Counted from the stretch's first letter, positions 32,801 to 45,183 are shown. The stretch: 64,000 nucleotides of DNA from Corallochytrium limacisporum Hawaii (GCA_002811645.1 PDIP01000005.1:1-64000); one strand, 5' to 3'. Numbers and translations: made by a program. Notes: generated by a model not told the origin, from the letters alone.

Positions 32801-34133
32801 ATGACAATCGCTTGAAACACAATGACAAGAACAAGGTCTCGATTGTTTGAGGACGGACACTGCCCCATTGCAGGGTGCGGTGAGGCCATCGGTGGTGGCC
32901 AATACATTGGATCGCTGTGGTCGCCCACGAAGTTGGGGTAGAGGATGCCGTCGATCGCGCCGTTCAACATGCAAAAAACTTATGTTGAACGCGGTGGAGG
33001 CGACCTCGCTTCTGTTAGATTCGTCCCGTCTGCTGTGGTCATTGTGCATCTGTGAACCAGATTTCCGCGAAAGGTATCCGGTGGTGACTCTCCGCGGAAG
33101 CAGGTTTGGACCTTAATTACATAATAAATATATGGCAATAAATTGGTTCCGGCAGCAGAATCTAAATCGGTGTGCTCTACCCTGTCGAGGCCATGATGAT
33201 GGATCATCAACGATGTGGAGGGAGGGGGCCGTTTGTGGAACGACGAAGGCACTCCCTACCCTCATTCCATTTCCATTGTCACTCGGAAATGTCGGTTACG
33301 GGAAACACGGATCATATCATACGACTGGCTCACTATATAAAAAGCGAAGCTGACAATTGCAAGGACGTGTGGTGTGCGTGTAAAACGGCGGTGACACGAG
33401 TCCCTGTGGTGCGCTTACTTGTTCCATGCCTGGATGCTGGGTGCGCGACGGGCGCTGTGTGCGGACGGACAGGTAGGGGGTAAACTTCCTCCCCGTGTTT
33501 GTTGGGGTTGGTGGCTGACCAATCAGAGCTCACTGCTCAGCACCCCTCCGGGAGGCAATGGGGGCCGAATAAAAATTGATCAATAACTTGAATATATTCT
33601 ATTGAATCATTTTTAATTTATATTGGTGAATCGGGTCCAATACATTCAGTATACCTGTTGCGAGTTTTGGTACATTTAGTATGGGCCTCTTCCGAATCTC
33701 TGATCCTCATCCTTCCGGACCAATGGGCGACGTTTCGCGAGTACACACCGGCCTCCGTATCTGACGGTGAAGCGGCAAAGGTAGTAGTGAATGTACTGTG
33801 CTACCGTGTTTTGTGTGGCTTTTTTGCGCTGGGGCGCGCGGAGGTCTCTGTCTCGAAAACTCAGTGGTGGAGAGGGGATCCGCGTAAAGTTCTACTGCCG
33901 CATTTGACGCAGGCCAAGAATTTCATATTTGACTAATGATGGCGACGTCCTGACCCTTTCTTCTTGGGTGTCCATACCAGGTGCTTGGATATACCATGCT
34001 ATTCAAGACAATGCACTCGCTCTCCCTGACCACGGTAGCATACCACGAAGTGATGGAAAGTTCTAGATAAGGTATGTGTCTCCATGTTGACCATGATCGT
34101 ATGTTAGTAGGGGAATAGCTTATCAACGGCACT

Positions 34134-34660
34134 ATGGACCTTTCACAGGAAGAAAAGGATGACAAGGTACAACAGCTCCTTGCCATCGTCAGCGACTATG
34201 ACATAGACATAGTCAGAACGATGCTGGAAAGCTGTAATTGGGACGTGGAGAGGGCATTAGATGGGCTACTCTCGTCAAATCTGGGAGGCAGCAGTTCCGC
34301 ACCTCCGCCGCCTGTGACCACCTCAACTACGATGGCTCCCAGCGATTTCACGCCAATGTCTGTGGATAGTGCGGCTGCGGAGCCACCAGCTAGGAACAGG
34401 GCAGTCGTGGTGCAGGGACTACGCGATGAACCGATGATTTTGGAAGTCGCCAATGACATGAAGGTACGCGACTTAAAGATCATGATAGCTACCATGTTGG
34501 ATAAACCGACAACTAAACCAGAGGACATTGATCTTTTTGGATGGGAAGCTTCGCGCCAGCCCACTGATGTAGATACCATCCGCAGCATTTTAGGCAACGG
34601 TGAGGATCCCATCAACCTCATTGGAGCGGAAGCTGGCACCAGTGGCAACCCTATCAACAT

Positions 34661-34691
<31 letters not shown>

Positions 34692-36230
34692 CACGAAAAC
34701 GATCAGGCTGTGGATGGTGGATCGGATGAAGCCTTGCTTCAAAATGTTGCACATCATGTGGAGATTATCAATGAATATGCTGCACAACCCAATGCTCGTG
34801 GCCAGGAAGGGCTTGAGCTCATTGAACTTGATTTACCTGGCAGCAGTCGGCTCCGGGACGTCTACGAGAACGTGGAACAACTGACAGGGATACCCATTAA
34901 TGCACAGACGTACAGAGGATGGCAAGGCCAGGAACCTTCCATCCGCACAGAACTGTATAAATTGCCAGGTCTGCCGGTGCAGAACAATCGGCGGTGCCTG
35001 CGTCTACATTTATTTGCGAAGGAGTACTGGGCGAGCAGTCAGATTGAACAGAACGGTAGCAGTGGCTACAATCTGCGGCCATCGAATCGATCTCGTGACA
35101 ACTATCAAGAGCTCGACATGGACTACGTGAGTGATGATGAGGAGATTGAGTTGGATGAGGATGACGACTACATCGTGGATGACATTGACAGCGGAGTGGG
35201 CCGGTCCAGTTCGGCCCGAGATCGGGACATTGAGTCACAGATGCTGATCCCTCCGCAAGTGTGTGCAGAAGACATTGTGAGCGTCATGTTCGGGGAGCGT
35301 TTTACAGAATTATACCAGAACGGTGAGATAAGTAATCTGCACTTCAATACCGGTCTGTTGAGGGACAATTTGCGTTCCGCACGGGCCAACGGCAAGATTG
35401 TACTGGTATACCTGCATAATGGTATTGAGAGCCGCATGGAGACTAACGTCTTCTGTGAGCATGTGCTGACCGCACCGGAAATCATTGAGGAGATTAATCT
35501 GAGCTTCGAACTGTGGGGTTGGGATATGGAGGATCCAATGCGAGTGCAGGAAATCCAGCGCATTTTCACGGAACAGGTGGGCAACGGAAATATCCCCACT
35601 GCCGTACGTTCTCCAGCATTGATTGCATTGGTGAAACTACATGGTAAAGCGATGGCCGACGTGGTGGGCCAGGTGCAAGATGCCTTGACACGCACTGAGC
35701 TGCATACGGAGCTGGAGAACATCCGCTCAAGGGCCCTCCCGATAATTGCGGCAGATCAGGAAGAGGAGAACCGCCGCAAGGCGGAAGCCCAGCAGCGTCG
35801 TCAGCTCCAGGAGCAGCAGGACAGTGAATTCCATGCCTCTTTGCAGGCGGACAAGGAGAAGGAAGCACTGAAAGAGAAAGAGGCAGAAGAACAACGTAAG
35901 AAGGACGAGGCCGAGGCGGCTGCCGCACGGTCCCGCGAAGAACACATCGCGAAACTTGCTGAGGCACTACCACCGGAACCAGAGGGCAATGACGCCGTAG
36001 TTTTGAACTTCCAGATGCCTGACCGCAAGCGTCTTCAGCGCAAGTTCTCAAAGACGGACCCTCTGAGCGCTCTGAAGGCATATCTTGCGTCCCAGGGCAT
36101 GCATCCGGAAGAGTTTGTCATGCTCACAAACTTCCCGAAGCGCACCCTTACCGAGTTGGACCAAGACCAGTCCCTCGAGGCGGTGGGTCTCAACCGCGAC
36201 ATGGTGCTGGTGCGCCCGATTGGTGACTAA
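34134..36230 (+). CDS. FAF1: FAS-associated factor 1-like p97/Cdc48 adaptor (UBA-UBL-UBL-UAS-coiled coil-UBX)
   Basis: N-terminal UBA (LESCNWDVERAL), two ubiquitin-like segments, UAS (VYLH..FCEHVL..LWGWD), coiled coil, UBX with TNFPKR. Confidence 0.88.
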
Positions 36231-36331
36231 CTACCATGGGCTTCCTTGACCGAAACTTCTAGTGTAATTCATGTTCCCAACAGTTGTTAAAGAACCAGAA
36301 CTCGTGTCATCGACGTCTTGTTTATTCTTGA

Positions 36332-37552
36332 TCAAATACATTCGGTATGAAAAGCATACCATCCGTCAGCATGACCGCCCTCTCCAGTATTCTTCGGTTC
36401 CCGCACCAACGGTGGCTTCTTTTCATCGTCATACTCCGCAAAGAACCGCCCGCATTGATCGCATTTGCGCCTGAAGAGGTCGTTGTAGCTCCACACCCAG
36501 ACGAGGAGTGAATTGAAAATGAAACTGAGGGCGGTGCCTGGCCTAGTACCGTCTGTCATTAACTCGGCTTCCATTTCGAGCTCCTGCAGACGCACAAGGG
36601 CCATCCGCGTCAAGTGCTTGAAGACCGTGTGCCGCGATCCGGTTCCCATGTTCAGACCGCTGCTACTCGAACTCTCGTCAATGGAATGGATCTGCAGGCC
36701 GCGGATCTGGACTTCTTTCTTGTCTTCAATGTGGTGGAGGAAGATCTGCAACTGGAAGACAGGAGAGAGGTGCACGATTAACGTACCGCAGTGGCCCAGG
36801 TCGGTAACGATAAGTTCTGGATCGCCCCTTACCAGATCCGGCCTTGGTAGGTCAATCATGCGCAGACGGTTGTCGAGACGGAAGCGGCTGTTTGCGTCGA
36901 TCTGGCGCAGTCGTACAGCGTCGCACTGGGGTTGCACGCTCTGTGTCTCGGTCTGCATGACTACAACGTAAGATGCAGGGTTACAGCAGGGCAAGAAGTA
37001 GTAGAGCAGAGCGTGGTGAGTAAAATACTCCTGCGGTAGGTTCTCCAAGGGTTCCGGGAGACGGTAGAAGCGGCTTTGGTCCTTGGGTTCCGTCGCAATT
37101 GTCTGCCCTACGGACCCGAGCGATGATTTACTAACGCTAAGAGCAGTACTATGCCGTGCACGCTTAGTGATCGAAGCGTAGATGCTGGCCAGCGTGTCTG
37201 CCTTCCGTTTCAAGCCCTTAACGGCTTGGCTATTCTGTACAATCTGCGGTCCCAGGATTCGATCCGCGGTAAGCCCGAACGGTGGCTTCTCATTGACTTT
37301 TGCCCGGTGTTCGTCCACATTCTTTGCAGCATCCTTTAATTTCTTCACGGTCTGCTTGATCCGTGCGACATTAGTCTTCACGCCTGATATAAACTCCCCG
37401 GCAGGTAGTGGGGTAGCAACATGGTTTAGAAGTCTGAATACATCGCTTCGAAGGCTGTGCAGGATCTGACTCGCATTGTTCAGGGACGCATTTGCGACAT
37501 CCAAACTATGTGAACGTTCCGACACGGCGGTGGTCTTTGTTGATGGGCTCAT
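36332..37552 (-). CDS. MED27: Mediator subunit 27-like
   Basis: SRHTVFKHLT and C-terminal WVWSYNDLFRRKCDQCGRF...PP..R....AFHTEC zinc-binding signature of Med27. Confidence 0.88.
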   Translation of the reverse strand: MSPSTKTTAVSERSHSLDVANASLNNASQILHSLRSDVFRLLNHVATPLPAGEFISGVKTNVARIKQTVKKLKDAAKNVDEHRAKVNEKPPFGLTADRILGPQIVQNSQAVKGLKRKADTLASIYASITKRARHSTALSVSKSSLGSVGQTIATEPKDQSRFYRLPEPLENLPQEYFTHHALLYYFLPCCNPASYVVVMQTETQSVQPQCDAVRLRQIDANSRFRLDNRLRMIDLPRPDLVRGDPELIVTDLGHCGTLIVHLSPVFQLQIFLHHIEDKKEVQIRGLQIHSIDESSSSSGLNMGTGSRHTVFKHLTRMALVRLQELEMEAELMTDGTRPGTALSFIFNSLLVWVWSYNDLFRRKCDQCGRFFAEYDDEKKPPLVREPKNTGEGGHADGWYAFHTECI

Positions 37553-37983
37553 TTCTAGAACTTTAAATTAACAAGGACTGCTGACTGTTGGCTTTCGTGG
37601 AACCATCCTCATTGACATGTTGCTGTACTCCTTCACTTTCTTTTCATGTAACTTTCCTGAATATTTCTCTTGGATGACTTAGCATAGTTTTGTAATGGAA
37701 TGCCCACCATGAAATAGTCACACTCTCTTACCTGATTGAGAACGAGCATAACCAAAACTACGAAAAACATCAACAAATTCAGCCACGGGCTTTTTGTTGG
37801 ACTGAGTAGGTTCCGCGCCTCCTGGGGAGAAAAGACACACAGGCTCTGCTTTCCAAATACACTAACAAAAAGTATACACAATTACGGCTGGGCCGACTGG
37901 CCGTCGTAATTCAATTAATGATAGTAAGAATTATTAGGGTTTCGGTTATTGTCACGAAGGGGCAGAGAGTGTATTGAGGGAGG

Positions 37984-38081
37984 CCCCCCCCCCGGGGGGG
38001 GGGGGGAAAACCTCGTCCGAACGGGTGTTACTCGGCGCCTTGCGCCCGTTTGGTGACGATTTGGAGCCCCCCCCCGGGGGG
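37984..38081. promoter_or_regulatory. Two C(n)G(n) elements upstream of MED27
   Basis: C10G13 at 37984-38006 and C9G6 at 38067-38081. Confidence 0.5.
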
Positions 38082-40425
38082 AGGGGGTGGAGGGGGAGAA
38101 CGTGGTGGCTCAGGAACGTCCTAACTCCTCATGCTAGTCACACCTATCCCCCATCGAAGGCATTAGACATTTGGACGGGGTGTAATGCCACTCCTGAAAC
38201 ATTTGGACTGGCTGCAGCATGTCCAAACAGCCTTCTCTGCAGACGATTCATTGTTGAACCCGCAAGGGTCGAAAGGCCGTAATGTATCGCCATTACCAGG
38301 CTACGGCGACCAAACGGTCTACTGGAGAGAGTTCAAAGTCCTGCCTACTTGCCATTTTGTTTGGGTATTTTGACAAAAGGACCATGGAGGTATTTGATAC
38401 CAGATTCCTGAACGTGCCACTCTCCGAAGTGACGCACCAGTCTGCCCAGGTCGTTCGCGACCTAAGGGAACACTTTGCGACGAACTGGACAAAGTGCTGG
38501 ACCATCTATGCAGTTTCATGCACTCGAAGGTGGCCAACACCGTTCTCCTGGTACACAGATTATTCTTGTGGCCGCGATTTGAGGCCGAACTGTGCGCAAT
38601 CCGGGGGGGGGGGGCACCCGAACCCACAGCTCTTCCTGTCGAGGCAGCAGGGCTCCTCTATATTAACGGTGTGTAGACGTGTTAGAAAAGTATCCTACCG
38701 CTGCAAAGTGTTTCAGAAATTTGCAGCGGGTCCCATCCCCGCCCTCCCCCCTTCCCTTCCCTTCCCCAGGCGAGCCCCCCCCTTCCCCACTGCAGGTCTC
38801 TGTGTTCCCTTTTCAGCAGCCGGACTTTTTGCCAAGTCGGCCAACCGGGTCAAAGCGGGTCTGTTCCACCGGGGCCGTGTTGCCACCCGTCACTTTTTGG
38901 TAAGGACTCCTCTTCCCCCCCCCCCTCTTCCCGGGCGGCGGTGTTTCTTTTGCTCTACCCAAACCCCGTCGGATTCCAACGTTCTGGGCCCCCGCGTACC
39001 ACAATACCGACCAATCGCAGAATTTATTGTTTGCTCGGTTGATATTTTTGGTAACATTTTCTTTCTTGTTTTCTTTATAACTGTTTTTTAATATTTTGCT
39101 GCTCTCTGTCCCCACCCAAAAAAAATTCCTTTCCCTTGGCTGGCAGAGTAAGAGCGCAGGCCCACACTTTCCCTCGCCCCGGGTTCTTCGAGCAAGCAAA
39201 AGCTCAGACCCCACCCCCAACCCAACCCAGCCCAAACGCACAAAATTAATTTCACATATTTTATGGTTCGTGTGCCTGCTGCTCGCTGGTATATAGCCTG
39301 GGCCCCATCTACGGACCAAGTCGGCAGCAAGGTTTTCGATATTTTTGTCCCCTGCCCGGGTTGGGCGACGGTGGGGATGAGCCCGTGGTGGGGGGAGTGG
39401 GTCCCGTCCCCCCCCCCACCCCCCGGGGGGCCCCGGTCCCTATCGGTTAACAGCGGGGCCCCTAAGCACAAAGAGAGCGAGAGAGAGAGAGAGATAGATT
39501 GAACTCGTGCTCCCCAGGAACCGCAGGGGGCGCCACGGGTGGTGCACATAGACAACCACCGTCACCCGCCAGCGGGCTGATTATTTCAATTGCCCTGGCT
39601 GGTCAGCCCCCGCCCTCCGGGATTCTCGCTCTTGATCGCTCTGCTTGGCCCTGGGTTCCCTTCGGGCCAATCCCGACCGCCGTTTTTTCTGAGTTTTCTT
39701 CGGCTTATTTGCATTTCTCTATACTTTTTTCAGCCTTTTGCCCGAAGTTTTGTCCGTTCCAAGGAGCTCAGCTCAGGTCGGCTCCTTTTTAACTATTTTT
39801 TTTTGACAGCAGGAGAGCAAGCCACACAAAGAAAAGAAAGAATGAAATAAAAAAGGGAAGAAATTAACGGTGCAGGAGAAAACAGAGAAAAAAATTGTTA
39901 AGCTACCCAACCAAGCCATACGAGCGGAGAGTGCCCGCCTTTGGTGGAGTGCTAAGTTGCCAACTTTATTAGGCCGTGGTGCATTCTTACGCAATGTTGG
40001 AATGAAATTTAAAAATTGCCCGTTTCTCGCTCCTTTGACGCCAAGACAGCTGACCCAGGCTTGGTGTGTGATGTCCCGGAGGGACGGTGGGGACTAGGAA
40101 GGGTTTTGGGGAGCGGGACGTTGGGAACTGAGGCAGCGATATTTGCAGGTTTTTTGTCACTGTCCGTTCGTCGTTCTGTATTTTGCTGGTTAAAGTTTCT
40201 GGATTGCTTCCTGACTACTGTCTGGGTATTTAGGTTGTGCCTTTTGGAAGAAGATCGATGGTGATGTTGGTGGTTACGGACAATTTCCGGTTGATCGAGA
40301 AACGCACAACGTGAGAGCCTACCCGGGCTGCAAGGTTCAGAGACACGGAAACGACTATGTAACCTAGAATTGTTCGGATTCAGACCCGTAGACCGGTCCA
40401 TTGAATTTCAATACGAACTAGAAGA

Positions 40426-41676
40426 ATGACACAGCATTCAGACTACAGAAATCTGCGGAATGCAGAGTGGGTTGCTGCCCATACTGACGATGCCGTTAAG
40501 CTCTGCAAACAACTGTTGGACATCAAAGACTCGCTGGAGACAGAAGTTGATGAAATCAAGGGAAGGCTCTCTGTGGAGACGAAGCGTCGCAACGTTCTAC
40601 TAGAAGAAAACAACAAGCTGCGCAACCAAGAAGCTGCACTCCATGCACAAATGGTGGTCAGTGATGAACACGCAGTGAACACCCAAATGCTCCTGCAGAA
40701 GATTGATCGTTTGAAGAAGGAAAAAGAGCGCTTGCTGCTGCAGGTTGAAGAAGAGGAAGAGTACCTGACAAACACATTGCAGCGTAAATTGGAGAAGGTG
40801 AGTGAGGAAAAACACCAGTTGGAACGGCAGTTGCGGGAAGGTAAACACAGCATGGATCCTCGGGTACAGAGTATTCAAAAACTTCAGCAAAAGGTGGAGG
40901 AGCTGGAGAACGAGATAACTAAGCTGCGGCAGCGTCGGTCCCTCACTACGAATCACGTCGATTTTGTGCCGGATTTGGACTATGGCCGGCTCTACGATAC
41001 TCTTGAGCAAAGAATCGGCGCGCTGATGAACCGCAGGGAGCACGACAGTGGCGAGCTGGGCAGCGCTGATGTTATGGCAGACAATGTTCGTGGCGAATTC
41101 ACCGACCTTCGTGAGCTGCTAGAAGAGAATAGACTAGAGCAACAACGCCGTTTAGACGAATACGCCGATGCCATGGCGTCCCTCCGTGATGAGAACCTCC
41201 ATCTACGACAGCGAGTCTTCCGTGAAATGGAAATCATCCGTGCGCTGACCAAGGATCGGTGCACCATGGAAAGTGACAGTGAGGTCGACAGTGAGTACGC
41301 CTTTAATTCTATGCGCAGACGAACCACAAGCCAGTCGTCATCAACACATGTGCCCGCCCCGAGCTCTGTGCCTACTAGTGCTGGTAAGCTTACAACCAGG
41401 GACACTTCGCAGACGATGATGATCTCCTCGGAGGCATCCACGCCCTCTGTGACTAGCTTTAATATGCAGACCAGTAACGCAGCCAAGAGCGTACAGTCCA
41501 CACCAAGCATCCCGGCATCTCCGAAACACGTATCGATGCAAATGCATGATCTCAATTTGGGAACAAGCTACCCGCGGACTCCGCATGGCGTCTTGCCCCC
41601 GCCTCGCAATCGCAGCCCGGGACCGACAGAGGTTCCCCCGGCACAGTATCTGCTCAGTAGGGACAATACCTGCTGA
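40426..41676 (+). CDS. CCDC6: CCDC6-like coiled-coil protein
   Basis: LLQKIDRLKKEKERLLLQVEEEEEYLTNTLQRKL, MESDSEVDSEYAFN, and a Ser/Pro-rich tail. Confidence 0.8.
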   Translation: MTQHSDYRNLRNAEWVAAHTDDAVKLCKQLLDIKDSLETEVDEIKGRLSVETKRRNVLLEENNKLRNQEAALHAQMVVSDEHAVNTQMLLQKIDRLKKEKERLLLQVEEEEEYLTNTLQRKLEKVSEEKHQLERQLREGKHSMDPRVQSIQKLQQKVEELENEITKLRQRRSLTTNHVDFVPDLDYGRLYDTLEQRIGALMNRREHDSGELGSADVMADNVRGEFTDLRELLEENRLEQQRRLDEYADAMASLRDENLHLRQRVFREMEIIRALTKDRCTMESDSEVDSEYAFNSMRRRTTSQSSSTHVPAPSSVPTSAGKLTTRDTSQTMMISSEASTPSVTSFNMQTSNAAKSVQSTPSIPASPKHVSMQMHDLNLGTSYPRTPHGVLPPPRNRSPGPTEVPPAQYLLSRDNTC

Positions 41677-42139
41677 AGGCTAGAGCCTGCTCGCACTTTA
41701 CTCCTTGTTGCTTGTCTCGAGTTGTATCATTGTCTACCCTGTATTTACATTGTCTTCGTATCATCATCCCATCATATATCTGTAATCATCATCCCATTTT
41801 CTATCGTATCTACTTTTGCAAACTCCAATAAAAAAATTTGTTATTTCTAAACCTGCAGAACATTTAGCATATACAAACATCCTAGGGGTGGACCAATTTC
41901 CGATGCATCTGATCAATCATCATGTCGCCCAGACTTGGATTCCACTCCCAGACCCGCATAACTCCACCACCTCCCCGCCCGCTCCCCTTTTGGGGACCTA
42001 CCACCGTCCCCGAGCTGATTTTGGCGCGAACGGTTAAGCTAAAGGAGGGGACAGAAAAAGAGGCGAAGGCAGGGAGAGAGAACTGGGAAGGGAGACGGGA
42101 AGGTAAGACGGGAAGGCAGAAAACAGGGTAGACAATGAT

Positions 42140-42339
42140 NNNNNNNNNNNNNNNNNNNNNNNNNNNNNNNNNNNNNNNNNNNNNNNNNNNNNNNNNNNNN
42201 NNNNNNNNNNNNNNNNNNNNNNNNNNNNNNNNNNNNNNNNNNNNNNNNNNNNNNNNNNNNNNNNNNNNNNNNNNNNNNNNNNNNNNNNNNNNNNNNNNNN
42301 NNNNNNNNNNNNNNNNNNNNNNNNNNNNNNNNNNNNNNN
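42140..42339. other. Assembly gap
   Basis: N run followed by a G/GA tract. Confidence 1.
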
Positions 42340-42736
42340 GGGGGAGGGAGAGAGGGAGAGATGGTTGAGACCCAAACTACTGTGTTGCCAGACAACACGG
42401 CCGCACACAGACGACTGGTGAGGTTTTGATCAATGGTGGGCCTTGCTGTCGATGAAATGTCGTGTGTACCTTCATCAGTTATATTTCTGAAGAGAAATAG
42501 TTCTGTGCAATTGAGACACCTGGAATCCTGTCTGTGCAGTAAAGCTTTTTGAGTCGCAGTCGCAAAACTACCTTGCACAACAACTCAGCCTCTCAGCTGA
42601 GGGACGGAACATAAAAATCGAATCATATTGGGCCTGGGAGTTCGTAGAAGCGGACAGAACCAGAACCAAAGAAGTGGAAAATATGTAGTACACTTTCTCG
42701 ACACTTTTAAAGAAAAATACATCGATACTAAGAAGA

Positions 42737-45028
42737 ATGGATCCCGCATACGCGAGAAAGCTTAGCGGTGGAGGGCCATCTAGTCCACTGCGAAAGGGCA
42801 CGTCACCCATGAAGCAGAATCGAACCCCAGTCCGCTCTACGACAAATTATTCGGCTTCAAATTCGATATCAGTCGGGTCAGTAACTTCACACAGTGAATT
42901 CGGAGGGATCAAGCGTTCGGACAAACTTATTCCCATTGATGCCACTGCGCCAACGCGACGTGTGCCAGCTGGCACTGGACAGTCTCCCAACCGGCAGGGA
43001 TCTCGAACACCAACGCGGAATGCACAGCAACCGTTTAGCCCTACCAGGAGCATTGGCCGCCGGCGCACATTGAGTATGCAAATGGGATTTACAGGATCGG
43101 ACAATTTGGACAGCCGCAACTCACCAATGCGGGCATCACCGGCACGGGTGTCGGATAGGTTTGTGCCGAGCCGCTCGGCAAACAGTCAGAGACGGTTGGT
43201 CTTTGACAATGTTCTGAGCAGCAAGAGCATGGACGTTGATGTAATGAGCAACAGTCGATCAAGTCGGAATGTAGGTAGTTCAAACCACAATCGCAACGAT
43301 AGTAACAATAACACAGAGGGTGGAACGCAGCAGGACGGGTCTAATCAACAGAACAACGCCAACGCGGCGCGCAGTGCAGCCCAATCAGAGGCCACCTACC
43401 GTCAGATTCTGCGCAATGAGTTGTTGGGACCAGAGAGTGAGAGCAGCCTGCGCAACTATCGCAGTCAGACCTCCCATCTACGTCAGGGCTACGGTTTTGA
43501 TGCTTTCGCAGATGAAAACATACGTCCCGGGATGAACGCGGACACAGAGATGGAGGGAGATGCAGACAACAATGGCAGCAATAGTCACTCTCATAATGGC
43601 ATGACCATGGACGTGGTCACTGGGGAGCACCGTCCGGCACCGGACCCAGTAATTGGCGGGGGTGGTGCGGCCGGCCCGCACGGAGCAACGAATGATGGTA
43701 CAGCAGGCCAGAGACGTACCCACTCTGGGAGCCGAAGAGACGGAAATTTCCATATGTCGCCCTTAGTCACACCCCGTCAGAACCTACTCAGTTTTGATGA
43801 TGGGTTGGGGGACGAACCTTTGAATCACAGCGCGTCACTAGGACGTCAAAATATGTCCGCGGATGCTGGCTCGCAGAACATGCCACACTCTGGCCATATT
43901 TCGCCATTGCGAATGACCGGCAATATGGGCTCCCATGCGGGGACCTCACAGTATTCGCTTAGTCCTCTCACCACCGCCAGTCAACAGCTCCTGACCTCTC
44001 CTGTGCGACAGACACGGAATGTGCCGAAGCAGCCGTTCAAAGTTCTGGACGCACCGGATCTGCAGGACGATTTCTATCTGAATCTCGTGGATTGGTCGCA
44101 GAGCAACATTCTAGCTGTCGGTCTGGGTCCCTGTGTTTATCTCTGGAACGCTGGCAGCGGAATGGTAACCCGTCTGTGTGATCTGAGTCCTGACGATAAC
44201 TTTGTGACATCTGTGAGCTGGAGCCCCAAGTCGGACTACATTGCTGTGGGCACAAACCGCAGCGAGGTCCAACTCTGGGATGTCGAGACACAGACACAGA
44301 TCCGTACACTATCCGGCCACAGTGCGCGGGTAGGGTCCTTGGCGTGGAGCAGTTCGTTGTTGTCTAGCGGATCCCGTGACCGGAGCATCTGTCAGCGGGA
44401 TATCCGGGCGGTGGAGCACTTCACCACCCGCCTAACTGCGCATAAACAGGAAGTCTGTGGCCTGAAGTGGAGCCCGGACGAAACCCTACTGGCCAGCGGA
44501 GGCAATGACAACAAACTGCTGATCTGGAGTAGCCGCGGCGGCCACGCAGCACGGTCCAGCCTGAACCGGCGTTCGAGCAACCAGCCCATCATGCGCTTCA
44601 GCGATCACGTTGCCGCCGTGAAGGCTATTGCGTGGTCTCCGCATCAGCACGGACTACTGGTCAGTGGTGGCGGTACAGCAGACAAATGCATTCGCTTCTG
44701 GAACACCCTGACTAATCAATCTCTGCAAGTTGTCGATACGGGATCACAAGTCTGCAACTTAGCGTGGAGCAAGAGCGTCAATGAATTGGTCAGCACTCAC
44801 GGCTATAGTCAGAATCAGATCTGTCTGTGGAAGTACCCATCGATGGTGCCCATTGCAACGCTGATGGGTCATAGCTACCGAGTTTTGTACCTCGCTATGT
44901 CACCGGATGGCCAGACCATCGTAACTGGCGCTGGTGACGAGACGCTGCGGTTCTGGAATGTGTTTGCAAAGGAGCATGAACGGTCTGGTCGCAAATCGGT
45001 CTTGAACATTCTGGGACAGCTGCGTTAG
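42737..45028 (+). CDS. FZR1: APC/C activator Cdh1/Fizzy-related
   Basis: C-box DRFVPSR, PFKVLDAPDLQDDFYLNLVDWS, WD40 propeller (ELVSTHGYSQNQI, AGDETLRFWNVF), terminal LR (IR-tail equivalent). Confidence 0.96.
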   Translation: MDPAYARKLSGGGPSSPLRKGTSPMKQNRTPVRSTTNYSASNSISVGSVTSHSEFGGIKRSDKLIPIDATAPTRRVPAGTGQSPNRQGSRTPTRNAQQPFSPTRSIGRRRTLSMQMGFTGSDNLDSRNSPMRASPARVSDRFVPSRSANSQRRLVFDNVLSSKSMDVDVMSNSRSSRNVGSSNHNRNDSNNNTEGGTQQDGSNQQNNANAARSAAQSEATYRQILRNELLGPESESSLRNYRSQTSHLRQGYGFDAFADENIRPGMNADTEMEGDADNNGSNSHSHNGMTMDVVTGEHRPAPDPVIGGGGAAGPHGATNDGTAGQRRTHSGSRRDGNFHMSPLVTPRQNLLSFDDGLGDEPLNHSASLGRQNMSADAGSQNMPHSGHISPLRMTGNMGSHAGTSQYSLSPLTTASQQLLTSPVRQTRNVPKQPFKVLDAPDLQDDFYLNLVDWSQSNILAVGLGPCVYLWNAGSGMVTRLCDLSPDDNFVTSVSWSPKSDYIAVGTNRSEVQLWDVETQTQIRTLSGHSARVGSLAWSSSLLSSGSRDRSICQRDIRAVEHFTTRLTAHKQEVCGLKWSPDETLLASGGNDNKLLIWSSRGGHAARSSLNRRSSNQPIMRFSDHVAAVKAIAWSPHQHGLLVSGGGTADKCIRFWNTLTNQSLQVVDTGSQVCNLAWSKSVNELVSTHGYSQNQICLWKYPSMVPIATLMGHSYRVLYLAMSPDGQTIVTGAGDETLRFWNVFAKEHERSGRKSVLNILGQLR

Positions 45029-45183
45029 AAAGCCGTGCGGCATGGAGTATGTTGGATTATTAGAAGGCAGTTTCCTCTGAGGGTTAGGTTTCATATACTG
45101 TGCTATATTGGATTTTGTGAAATTCCGTTGTGTTATTCTTGTTTCAAGGTAATCCTTGGTTTAGAGTCTAGGATGATATCGAT

